From an uncultured Tepidisphaeraceae bacterium (GTDB lineage Bacteria > Planctomycetota > Phycisphaerae > Tepidisphaerales > Tepidisphaeraceae): a stretch of 39,946 nucleotides of DNA. This document shows, one piece after another, positions 15,333 to 22,837 of this stretch. The notes below the pieces were generated by a model. That model was not told where the DNA came from. It searched no databases and was given only the letters and a program-made list of their open reading frames with translations. The stretch is from positions 1 through 39,946 of the forward strand of contig CAZCKE010000001.1 of NCBI GenBank assembly GCA_964499005.1, written 5' to 3'. Each line of letters starts with the position of its first letter. Position 1 is the stretch's first letter. Position numbers and translations under genes: made by a program.

Positions 15333-15443
15333 GTCGTGACCGTCAACGGCACCGACGTCTACCACTTCTTCCCCGATGCCACCGTTCCCGTTTCGGGCAC
15401 GCTGGTTTTCTCCAGCGATCCGGTCTGGCGTAGTGTAAAATAA
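15333..15443 (+). pseudogene. Third orphan fragment of the giant-gene junction region, truncated by IS insertion
   Basis: It starts 5 nt after the previous stop and encodes VVTVNGTDVYHFFPDATVPVSGTLVFSSDPVW, homologous to 8950-9047. Homology ends at about 15430, where the sequence runs into tgtaaaataattc (IS end) and a stop at 15441-15443. Confidence 0.8.
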
Positions 15444-16707
15444 TTCATCCGCGTCTCATGCGGCCTCCTTGTAATAGAATTTCAGCAGTCCACCCAACCG
15501 TTCCCGGCACTGCACCGGTCCATCGCGAGGATAATCAGTGTCGGTGAGCGCGGGAAACAGGAGCCGATTCTGCTTACCTTGATGCGGCCGCTCGGAATGG
15601 TAATGCTCGATGTACTGCGTGACGGCGTGGCGCAGGGGCGCTTCGCCGAAGAAGATCATCCGGTCCAGGCACTCCGATTTGATCGAGCGGACAAAACGCT
15701 CCGCGAACGCATTGAGATTGGGACTTTGCGGCGGCAGAGCCAGCGGCTCAATGCCGGCGGCGCGGAAGATCATGTCAAAGCCACTGGAGAATTTCGTATC
15801 CCGGTCGTGCAGAAGATATCGGCAGCGGGAGAGCAGATCGCAGCCGCTCATGGTGAGGTTGCGTGCTGCCTGCTTCATCCACGCGTTGGTGGGATTGGCG
15901 GTGATGCCGCCGAAATAAACTTTGCGGCTGGCGACGTGTATGAAGAACAGGACGTAATACGTGACCAACCCGCAGGCGGTCCAGACTTCGGTGGTGAAAA
16001 AGTCCGTGGCCAGCAGACAATCGGCGTGGGACTTGATGAAGTCGGACCAGTCGGTCTTCCTTTTTCGCATCGGCACCGGGTCGATGCCATGTTCTTCGAG
16101 GATGTTTTTGACGGTCTGATGGCTGAGTCCATGGCCGATGGCAGCCAGCGCGCCGGTGATCCGCCGATAACCCCAAGCTGGATTTTCGTTGGCCAATCGG
16201 AGGACTTGCATCACGGCGGCCGGATCGGTCGGCGGCCGACCGGGGACGGCGGCTGCCCGGCGGTCGGAGGTGTCGAACTTTCGGGCCACGAGTTGCCGAT
16301 GCCAACGAAGGATCGTATCCGGCGTGACGATGGAGGCGACGTCCTGGAGGAGTTTGCGGCCGAGCTTCTTGCCGATCGTGGCCAGTGTGGCGCGTTGGGC
16401 GTCGTTCAATCGCCGTCGGCCGGAGAGTTGATCGCGGAGGATTTTGTTCTCGGCGGTCAGGTATTCGATTTTCAATTGAAGCTGATGGTCAATGCGGCCG
16501 GCGACCCAGGCGAGGATTTTTTCCCAGCCCGTGGAATGGGATTGAGGCATCGGGTGAATGTAACGGTGTCGGCGGGATTCTAAAAAGAGAGATCGGCAGG
16601 AAAACCGCCAAGAGATTTTGGGGCAGATTTGGGGCAAAACGGCCTCCAGAAACAGTCCAGAGGCAGTTCAACGCCAGTTCGCACTCAGTTCATAAGTCCC
16701 GTTTACA
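15431..16707 (-). mobile_element. Insertion sequence with single rve/DDE transposase (IS481-like); boundaries approximate
   Basis: The left boundary is where homology to the giant gene breaks (about 15430), followed by TGTAAA. The proposed right end is the complementary TTTACA at 16702-16707. The terminal inverted repeat is weak beyond 6 nt and I found no target-site duplication. Confidence 0.55.
15456..16550 (-). CDS. DDE transposase / integrase core (rve) domain protein with N-terminal HTH region
   Basis: rve-type landmarks in order: LLATDFF (D), LLHDRDTKF (D), NAFAERFVRSIKSE (E), then YNSERPHQG-like HYHSERPHQG. I prefer the ATG at 16550 (MPQSHSTGWEK). The ORF track extends to 16637 with an implausible Cys/Arg-rich leader. 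Confidence 0.9.
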   Translation of the reverse strand: MPQSHSTGWEKILAWVAGRIDHQLQLKIEYLTAENKILRDQLSGRRRLNDAQRATLATIGKKLGRKLLQDVASIVTPDTILRWHRQLVARKFDTSDRRAAAVPGRPPTDPAAVMQVLRLANENPAWGYRRITGALAAIGHGLSHQTVKNILEEHGIDPVPMRKRKTDWSDFIKSHADCLLATDFFTTEVWTACGLVTYYVLFFIHVASRKVYFGGITANPTNAWMKQAARNLTMSGCDLLSRCRYLLHDRDTKFSSGFDMIFRAAGIEPLALPPQSPNLNAFAERFVRSIKSECLDRMIFFGEAPLRHAVTQYIEHYHSERPHQGKQNRLLFPALTDTDYPRDGPVQCRERLGGLLKFYYKEAA

Positions 16708-16895
16708 AGGGCGTTAAGGCTCGATTTTTAGGTAATAGCGAAGGTTCCGACCTTGGTTCGGGACCAAGAGGTCGTAAAACGATACTCACCATCATCACAC
16801 CGCAATCATTTGCGTAGTTGTCGCGAACGGCCACAAAAGTTGCTGTCATGTGGCCGACCTGGATAGATTCCCTCCACCCATCTGCCAAGGAACAC

Positions 16896-17654
16896 ATGTC
16901 AGACGCAACGAACTCCGTGGCCCGGCGCGCCAAGCCCACCGAACTCCTCTCCCACTGGCCCAAACTGATCGAGAACCTCAGCTTCTCTCCGCAGGAGTTC
17001 TACTCGCGTATCGAAAAAGCCCTGGCCGACCGTCAGGTTCCCGACCTGCAAACCTCACGAGTGGATTGGAAGGAAGGCGGCGTGCTTTCGGCCCGCCGCG
17101 AATACCTGCGCCTCCAGCGCGAGCGGCTGATCTTCGACATCTGCGGCGCTCCCTTCGGCACCGGTTTTTTCGTCTCAATCTGGTGCGGCGAGCGGCCCTT
17201 GAGGCTGGGGCACCTGATCCGAGCCCTGATCTTGGTGGGAAGCGGAGCGGTGACGTGGTTTGGGATACTGCAATTCACGCCCCGCTCCACGTTTTATGAA
17301 ATGCGGCGCATGGGCATCGATCCGGGACATGCGCTCATCGCCATCACGGCCGCCGTCGTCCTGGTGGCCACCTTCCTGATCGTGCTGCTGGGCCCCAGGC
17401 TCGATAACATCCTGATCCACACGCCTGTGATCGGATACTTCTACGAGCGCTACTTCCGAAAACTCACCTACTACCGCGTGGACCGGATGTGCATGTATCA
17501 ACAGGCTGTGCATGCGGCGGTCATGCAAATCATCGACGAGATCACCAAATCCCAGGGCATCCAACCCCTCTCGGAACTGGAACGCCGGCCGATCACCAGA
17601 GAACCGGTCATGAGGGAACTGTTCCAGCAAGCCGGTTCCAATGGGCACGGCTGA
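16896..17654 (+). CDS. Hypothetical membrane protein (about 252 aa from ATG 16896; ORF open from 16818)
   Basis: A soluble N-terminal roughly 100 aa (SFSPQEFYSRIEKALADRQVPDL...) is followed by 2-3 hydrophobic spans (GFFVSIWCG, LILVGSGAVTWFGILQF, ALIAITAAVVLVATFLIVLLGP) and a roughly 90-aa tail. Its stop overlaps the next gene by 14 nt (ATGGGCACGGCTGA). Start codon is uncertain (16818 TTG, 16848 ATG or 16896 ATG). Confidence 0.7.
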   Translation: MSDATNSVARRAKPTELLSHWPKLIENLSFSPQEFYSRIEKALADRQVPDLQTSRVDWKEGGVLSARREYLRLQRERLIFDICGAPFGTGFFVSIWCGERPLRLGHLIRALILVGSGAVTWFGILQFTPRSTFYEMRRMGIDPGHALIAITAAVVLVATFLIVLLGPRLDNILIHTPVIGYFYERYFRKLTYYRVDRMCMYQQAVHAAVMQIIDEITKSQGIQPLSELERRPITREPVMRELFQQAGSNGHG

Positions 17655-20600
17655 ACCTCCGGCAACTTCAGTTCTCTCTCCAGCCCAACAGCTTGCCCAG
17701 CAATTCTATGATTGGGAACTGCGGGGAAGGGGATGGCTAATGTGGGATCGTCCGGTGGAACCGGAGCCGCCCTTTCAACCTTTTTTCGATCATGTCATCG
17801 CGCCCGTCGATGGCGACGACGGCAGGAAACACACCCTCCTCAGCGGTCTGATCGATTGGCTGCACCAAAAGGTCACGGGTCAGGGAAATAATACCTCTGC
17901 ACAGACAATCGAAGAATCGCCAGGGGAATTCGAGCCGATCGAACTCGCCGAGCCTTCCGATTTGGTGGAGCTGAGGATATCGCTTCCCCAGAACCTGGAC
18001 GTATCCCAAGAAGCCGCCGAGCAATTCCTGCTGAGCCTATCGACCGTCCGCCGCCCGGTTGCGTTTGAATTGATCGGATTGCCCGAGACGATGATCGTGC
18101 AATTCGCCTGCGAAGGGGATGATGCCGCTCATCTGGAGCAACAATTGAGAGCCATCTTTCCCGACGTAACCGTCAGTGTCCACGCCGGTCTTCTACAAGA
18201 GTACTGGCAGGAGCCAGAGAATGCCGAAACGGTCATCGCCGAATTCGGCCTCGCCCGCGAATTCATGCTGCCCCTGGCGATGCCCGGATTCTCCGTTGAT
18301 CCACTGACCGGCATCGCCGGCGCCCTGGTGGATGTGCGGGAAGATGAAATCGCCCTCCTGCAAATCCTGTTTCAACCCGTCCGGCACCCTTGGGCCCAAA
18401 GCGTGCTGCGCTCCGTCACGTTCTCCGATGGCACGCCCCTATTCGAGGGCATGCGGGATTTTGTCAAACAGGGCAGAAACAAAGTCTCTCGGCCTCTGTA
18501 CGGCGCGGTCATTCGCGCCTGTTGCCAAAGCCCCGAGGGCAGCCGGACTTGGGATATGGTGCGACATGTCTCAGGAGCACTGTCGGTACTTTCGGACGCC
18601 CAAGGCAATGAACTGATCCCGCTTGATAACGACAATTACGACCCGACCGATCATGAGCACGATGTCCTCTTTCGCCGCAGCCGCCGCTGCGGGATGCTTC
18701 TCAACAGCGAGGAGCTGACCTCACTGGTTCATCTCCCCTCGGCCTCCGTTCGCATTCCCAAGCTGCGCGGACAAGCGAAGAAAACAAAACCCGTCCCGCC
18801 GATGGTCCTGGGCCATCAAACGGTACTGGGGATCAATGAGCATGCCGGACGATCCCAGTCGGTGACAATGAGCCCCGACCAACGCTCGAAGCACCTGCAC
18901 CTCATCGGCGCCTCGGGAACCGGCAAATCCACCCTTCTCTTAAACCTCATTATCCAAGACATCAACAAGGGCGATGGTGTTGCCGTCCTCGATCCCCACG
19001 GTGATCTAGTGGATGCGGTCTTGCAACGAATCCCTCCCCAGCGGAGAGGGGATGTAGTGCTCTTTGATCCGGGGGATGAGGACTATCCGGTCGGGTTCAA
19101 CATCCTCTCCGCCCACTCGGAACTTGAGAAAAATCTGCTCTCCTCCGACCTGGTCGCCGTCTTTCGCCGCTTCTCCACCAGTTGGGGCGACCAAATGAAC
19201 GCCGTCTTGGGCAACGCGATCATCGCTTTCCTGGAAAGCGAGCGGGGAGGGACTTTGGTGGACCTGAGGCGGTTCCTGGTCGAAGCCAAGTTCCGCAAAG
19301 AGTTCCTCTCCAGCGTCCGCGACCCGGAAATCGTCTACTACTGGGCGAAGGAGTTCCCGCTCCTGAGCGGCCGGGCTCAGGCTCCGGTTTTAACCCGCTT
19401 GGATGCCTTCCTGCGCCCCAAGCTGATCCGCTACATGGTGGGCCAAAAGCAGAGCAAGCTGGATTTAGGCCAGGTCATGGACAATGGGGGTATTCTCCTG
19501 GCCCGCCTGTCCCACGGAGCGATCGGCGAAGAAAATGCCCAACTGCTGGGCACGATGCTCGTTTCCAAGCTCCATCAGATGGCACTGGGCCGCCAGCGGA
19601 TTGCGGAGACGGATCGCAAATACTTCTGGCTCTACATCGATGAATTCCAGAACTTCGCGACGCCATCGATGGCGGCGATTCTCACGGGAGCACGGAAGTA
19701 TCGCCTGGGGCTTGTTCCGGCCCATCAGGAGCTTCACCAGTTGACCAGCAAGACACCGGAGGTCGCCAGCGCGGTGATGTCCAACGCTTTCACGCGCGTC
19801 TGCTTCCGGCTGGGGGATGAGGATGCCAAAAAGCTTGCCGGCGGTTTTGCCTCCTTTGAGCCTATTGATTTACAGAACCTCTCGACAGGCGAGGCGATCT
19901 GTCGGGTGGAACGGGCGGAGTTGGACTTTAATCTTCGCACATTGCCTCTGGCGCCAGTCGATGAGCAAACGGCGGCGACCGCGCGACAAGAGGCAATCAC
20001 TGCCTCTCGCCAGAGATATGCCGTCCCGCGCGCCAACGTTGAAGCAGAACTATGCCGCTCGCCCGGGGATGAGGAAGCTGGGGTACAAGAAGCGAAGGTT
20101 TGGGAAAAGCCAGATCAGAATGTGGATATCAAGCTTCCCGAGCCGGTCTTGGCTCCGCCATCTACACCCGTCGGACCCAAGCCCGTCCCTCGTCCGCAAA
20201 AAGTTACCAGCGATGTCATGATCGAGCCGCCACCCCAAGGCCGGGGCGGACCCGAGCACAAATACCTCCAGCAATTGATTAAACAGTATGCCGAGGGCCT
20301 GGGGTTCAAAGCCTCCATCGAGGAAAACATCCTCGGCGGAAAGGGCGTGGATGTTGCTTTGACCAAATGCGACACCTCCATCGCCTGCGAAATCTGCATC
20401 ACGACGGACGATGCTCATGAATTGGGGAATGTGCAGAAGTGCCTCACAGCCGGCTACAAGCATGTTGCGGTCATCAGCCCCAGCGCCAATCGATTGAAGA
20501 GTCTTGAGAAAGCGATTAGCCCCCAATTGGCGGATGACCAGAGATCGCGTGTGAAGTTCTTTGCACCCGAGGAATTGCTGCGGTTCATCCAACAGTTGGA

Positions 20601-20760
20601 AGTCCAGCAATTGACCCAGGAGAAGATCGTGCGGGGCTACAAGATCAAAACCAGCTTCAAGGTCATGGATGAAGCGGACGGGGACATTCGCCGGCAGGCC
20701 GTTTCTCAGACGGTGGCCAAGGCGATCAAGCGTTTGCAGGATCGCAAGGCCAAGAAATAA
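17641..20760 (+). CDS. Large P-loop NTPase of the TraD/VirD4/TraG-HerA/FtsK type (1039 aa) with unknown roughly 400-aa N-domain and possible PD-(D/E)xK-like C-terminal domain
   Basis: Walker A GASGTGKST at 18907-18933. Walker B hhhhDE in FWLYIDEFQNF at about 19624-19653, followed by RKYRLGLVPAHQELHQL (coupling-protein/TraG-D_C-like Q-x-x-x-QL). After a Pro-rich linker comes GRGGPEHKYL...GVDVAL...IACEICITT...NVQKCL (20233-20505), which resembles a restriction-endonuclease-fold core. Confidence 0.85.
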   Translation: MGTAEPPATSVLSPAQQLAQQFYDWELRGRGWLMWDRPVEPEPPFQPFFDHVIAPVDGDDGRKHTLLSGLIDWLHQKVTGQGNNTSAQTIEESPGEFEPIELAEPSDLVELRISLPQNLDVSQEAAEQFLLSLSTVRRPVAFELIGLPETMIVQFACEGDDAAHLEQQLRAIFPDVTVSVHAGLLQEYWQEPENAETVIAEFGLAREFMLPLAMPGFSVDPLTGIAGALVDVREDEIALLQILFQPVRHPWAQSVLRSVTFSDGTPLFEGMRDFVKQGRNKVSRPLYGAVIRACCQSPEGSRTWDMVRHVSGALSVLSDAQGNELIPLDNDNYDPTDHEHDVLFRRSRRCGMLLNSEELTSLVHLPSASVRIPKLRGQAKKTKPVPPMVLGHQTVLGINEHAGRSQSVTMSPDQRSKHLHLIGASGTGKSTLLLNLIIQDINKGDGVAVLDPHGDLVDAVLQRIPPQRRGDVVLFDPGDEDYPVGFNILSAHSELEKNLLSSDLVAVFRRFSTSWGDQMNAVLGNAIIAFLESERGGTLVDLRRFLVEAKFRKEFLSSVRDPEIVYYWAKEFPLLSGRAQAPVLTRLDAFLRPKLIRYMVGQKQSKLDLGQVMDNGGILLARLSHGAIGEENAQLLGTMLVSKLHQMALGRQRIAETDRKYFWLYIDEFQNFATPSMAAILTGARKYRLGLVPAHQELHQLTSKTPEVASAVMSNAFTRVCFRLGDEDAKKLAGGFASFEPIDLQNLSTGEAICRVERAELDFNLRTLPLAPVDEQTAATARQEAITASRQRYAVPRANVEAELCRSPGDEEAGVQEAKVWEKPDQNVDIKLPEPVLAPPSTPVGPKPVPRPQKVTSDVMIEPPPQGRGGPEHKYLQQLIKQYAEGLGFKASIEENILGGKGVDVALTKCDTSIACEICITTDDAHELGNVQKCLTAGYKHVAVISPSANRLKSLEKAISPQLADDQRSRVKFFAPEELLRFIQQLEVQQLTQEKIVRGYKIKTSFKVMDEADGDIRRQAVSQTVAKAIKRLQDRKAKK

Positions 20761-20801
20761 CTTCCTCACCCAATAAAAATTCAAAAGTAGAGAGATTTTG
20801 C

Positions 20802-20853
20802 TGGCATCTGGAATGCCAATCTGCAAAATGGCAACGCAATGGAGGTGTTGCCA
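20802..20853 (+). promoter_or_regulatory. Two adjacent TGGCA/TGCCA inverted repeats immediately upstream of (and touching) the recombinase start codon
   Basis: TGGCAT-ctgga-ATGCCA (20802-20818) and TGGCAAC-gcaatggaggt-GTTGCCA (20829-20853, ending in the ATG). This could be an operator, a recombinase site or a translation-occluding hairpin. The first also has sigma54-like GG/GC spacing. Confidence 0.3.
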
Positions 20854-22652
20854 TGAGGAAAAGCGAATCGATTGCAGTGAAGAAGCCGGTGGGCATCTGG
20901 ATTCGGGTCTCGACGGAGGACCAGGCCAAAGGGGACAGCCCGGAGCATCACGAGCGCCGTGCCCGCTTTTACGCGGAATCCAAAGGATGGGAAGTGGGTG
21001 AGGTCTATCACCTCGATGGCTTTAGCGGCAAAACGGTCTGGGACAATCCCCAAACCCAGCAGATGCTCAAGGACATCAAACAGGGGAAGATCACGGGGCT
21101 GATCTTTTCCAAGCTCGCCCGATTGGCCCGCAATACGCGGGAGCTGCTGGACTTTGCCGACCGATTCCGTGAGGCGGATGCGGATTTGATCTCGTTACAG
21201 GAGTCGATTGATACCTCCACCCCCGCCGGCCGTCTGTTCTACACCATGATCGCGGCGATGGCCCAATGGGAGAGGGAAGAGATCGCGGATCGGGTATCGG
21301 CGTCGATCAACATCCGGGCCAAGCTGGGGAAGCCCCTCAATGGCAAGTCTCCCTTTGGCTATCACTGGGTGGACAAGAGGCTAGTGCCGCATACGCAGGA
21401 AGCTCCGGTTCGGAAGCTAATCTATGACCTCTACCTGGAATACCGCCGCAAGAAGCGGGTGGCCAAGGTTCTCAATGAGCGGGGGTATCGGACACGGGAG
21501 GGGAATCGCTGGAGCGATACGAGTATCGACAGGCTTCTACGCGATCCGACGGCGAAGGGGATGAGACGGGCGAACTTTACGACCAATGGCGATTCCAAGA
21601 TGCTCAAACCCGAAAGTGAATGGATATGGACGGAGGTCGAGCCCATCGTCACGGAGGAGACTTGGGAACAGTGCAATAAGATGCTCGATGAGCGGATGGA
21701 ATCACTGCGGCGGAAGGGAAGGCGGCCGGTACATCTCTTTGCGGGCCTAACCCACTGTTACTGCGGCAACAAGATGTACGTCATCACCAAATCGCCCAAG
21801 TACGTCTGTCAAAAGTGCCGCAACAAGATACCCGTTGTCGATTTGGAAGCGATCTTCTGTGAGCAGCTCAAAGCTTTCTTCCTTTCGCCTGCCGAAGTGG
21901 CAGAGCATCTGAAAAAGGCGGATGAGCATCTGGGGGAAAAGGAAAAGCTCCTTCAAAGCCTCCAGGAGAAGCACTCCCAGCTCCAGGGGGAGATTCAGCG
22001 TGTGTATCAGCTCTATGTGGATAAGAAGATCGATGGGGATGGATTCAGCCAGTTCTATAAGCCTCTGGAGGAGCGGAAGCGGCAGATGGACGAAGAGCTG
22101 CCAAGGCTTCAGGCGGAGGTCGATCTGTTGAAGATCAACCATATCTCCTCGGATCAAGTCCTGACCGAAGCCAAGGATTTGCACTCGCGCTGGCCATCGC
22201 TGACAGTCGAGGAGAAGCAACGGATCGTGGAAAGCGTGACGGAGAAGATTATCATCGGCACAGACGAAGTGAACATAACCCTTTGCCACCTGCCCTCTTC
22301 CGAAGAAGTAACAAAATGGCAACGCAGCCTGCCTGATGGGTTCGCTCCCGCCTCCCTCGGTCTGCGCGTTTCGCATTTTCAAAAACTCGCCCAAACACAT
22401 CCGAACTGCCAGATTCATTCACGACGCGCAAAAGTTCAACTTCCCCAAAACCCACGCCGGCATCTAATGCCAAACCTCTCGCTTCACCTTCCATGCCTCT
22501 CGACCGCGCGCTTATTTTGCGCTCCAGTGCGCTCCCAGTCGCCCGATTCCGTTCAGTTAACACCCCTTTTTCCGACTTCATCACGTGCCCACCCTCGATA
22601 TTCCCCAGAAAACAAGCCCCAAGTTTGTTGGTTTGAAAACAGACCCCATTAA
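20853..22652 (+). CDS. Large serine recombinase (resolvase/invertase N-domain, recombinase domain, zinc ribbon, coiled coil); the last roughly 106 codons are doubtful
   Basis: VGIWIRVSTEDQ holds the catalytic Ser. Also present are LIFSKLARLARN, SLQESIDTSTPAGRLFYTMIAAMAQWERE, Cys pairs CYCGNKMYV...CQKCRNK and a long coiled coil. The family-like sequence ends around ...VNITLCHLPSSEE (about 22330). The remainder to 22652 is Pro/Ser/His-rich low complexity in a G-poor tract. Confidence 0.9.
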   Translation: MRKSESIAVKKPVGIWIRVSTEDQAKGDSPEHHERRARFYAESKGWEVGEVYHLDGFSGKTVWDNPQTQQMLKDIKQGKITGLIFSKLARLARNTRELLDFADRFREADADLISLQESIDTSTPAGRLFYTMIAAMAQWEREEIADRVSASINIRAKLGKPLNGKSPFGYHWVDKRLVPHTQEAPVRKLIYDLYLEYRRKKRVAKVLNERGYRTREGNRWSDTSIDRLLRDPTAKGMRRANFTTNGDSKMLKPESEWIWTEVEPIVTEETWEQCNKMLDERMESLRRKGRRPVHLFAGLTHCYCGNKMYVITKSPKYVCQKCRNKIPVVDLEAIFCEQLKAFFLSPAEVAEHLKKADEHLGEKEKLLQSLQEKHSQLQGEIQRVYQLYVDKKIDGDGFSQFYKPLEERKRQMDEELPRLQAEVDLLKINHISSDQVLTEAKDLHSRWPSLTVEEKQRIVESVTEKIIIGTDEVNITLCHLPSSEEVTKWQRSLPDGFAPASLGLRVSHFQKLAQTHPNCQIHSRRAKVQLPQNPRRHLMPNLSLHLPCLSTARLFCAPVRSQSPDSVQLTPLFPTSSRAHPRYSPENKPQVCWFENRPH

Positions 22653-22837
22653 ACATACTCGCTGCAACTCCCTCGACCGCGAACAGTTACAACGCCATTT
22701 TTCCTCCCATTTCCTGTTCGTTCCTCCGTTTTGAGCTTACCCTCACTTTTTCCCAAAGCTCCCACTCCATTCAATACTTTTCAAACTCCATCACCCCCGT
22801 TGATAAATCAAATTGTTCGCGCATACTCTCCCGCCCA

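Noticed and set aside
15579-16583. 334-aa plus-strand ORF (and 15775-16305 minus, other frame) across the IS
   Set aside because: It is antisense or out of frame relative to the transposase, whose D-D-E/rve motifs are clear on the minus strand. The translation has no motifs.
16740-16780. tRNA-like or terminator hairpin (cgaccttggttcgggaccaagaggtcg) right of the IS
   Set aside because: It is only a single short stem-loop with no cloverleaf arms, no T-loop consensus and no U tract. There is not enough evidence to call an RNA gene or terminator.
17175-17648. 157-aa minus-strand ORF and several 60-150-aa ORFs overlapping 16818-20760 (including 20050-20826 minus, 258 aa)
   Set aside because: They are antisense to genes that have clear TM segments or Walker motifs. 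Composition is Arg/Gly/Asp-rich and featureless.
21747-22418. 223-aa minus-strand ORF opposite the recombinase coiled-coil region
   Set aside because: It mirrors a Glu/Lys/Leu/Gln-rich coiled coil, and such regions give long antisense ORFs. The recombinase frame is supported by catalytic and zinc-ribbon motifs.
22252-22656. 134-aa minus-strand ORF in the G-poor tract; also 22731-23159 + and 22813-23364 + ORFs
   Set aside because: No start context or motifs, and they overlap the recombinase tail or LOG gene. I treat the tract as probably non-coding and report its odd composition as a finding instead.
22498-22682. Repeated 10-mer ctcgaccgcg (about 22500 and about 22671) as possible att core duplication
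   Set aside because: It is too short to distinguish from chance in a GC-rich region without a comparative empty site. It is covered under the G-poor tract finding.
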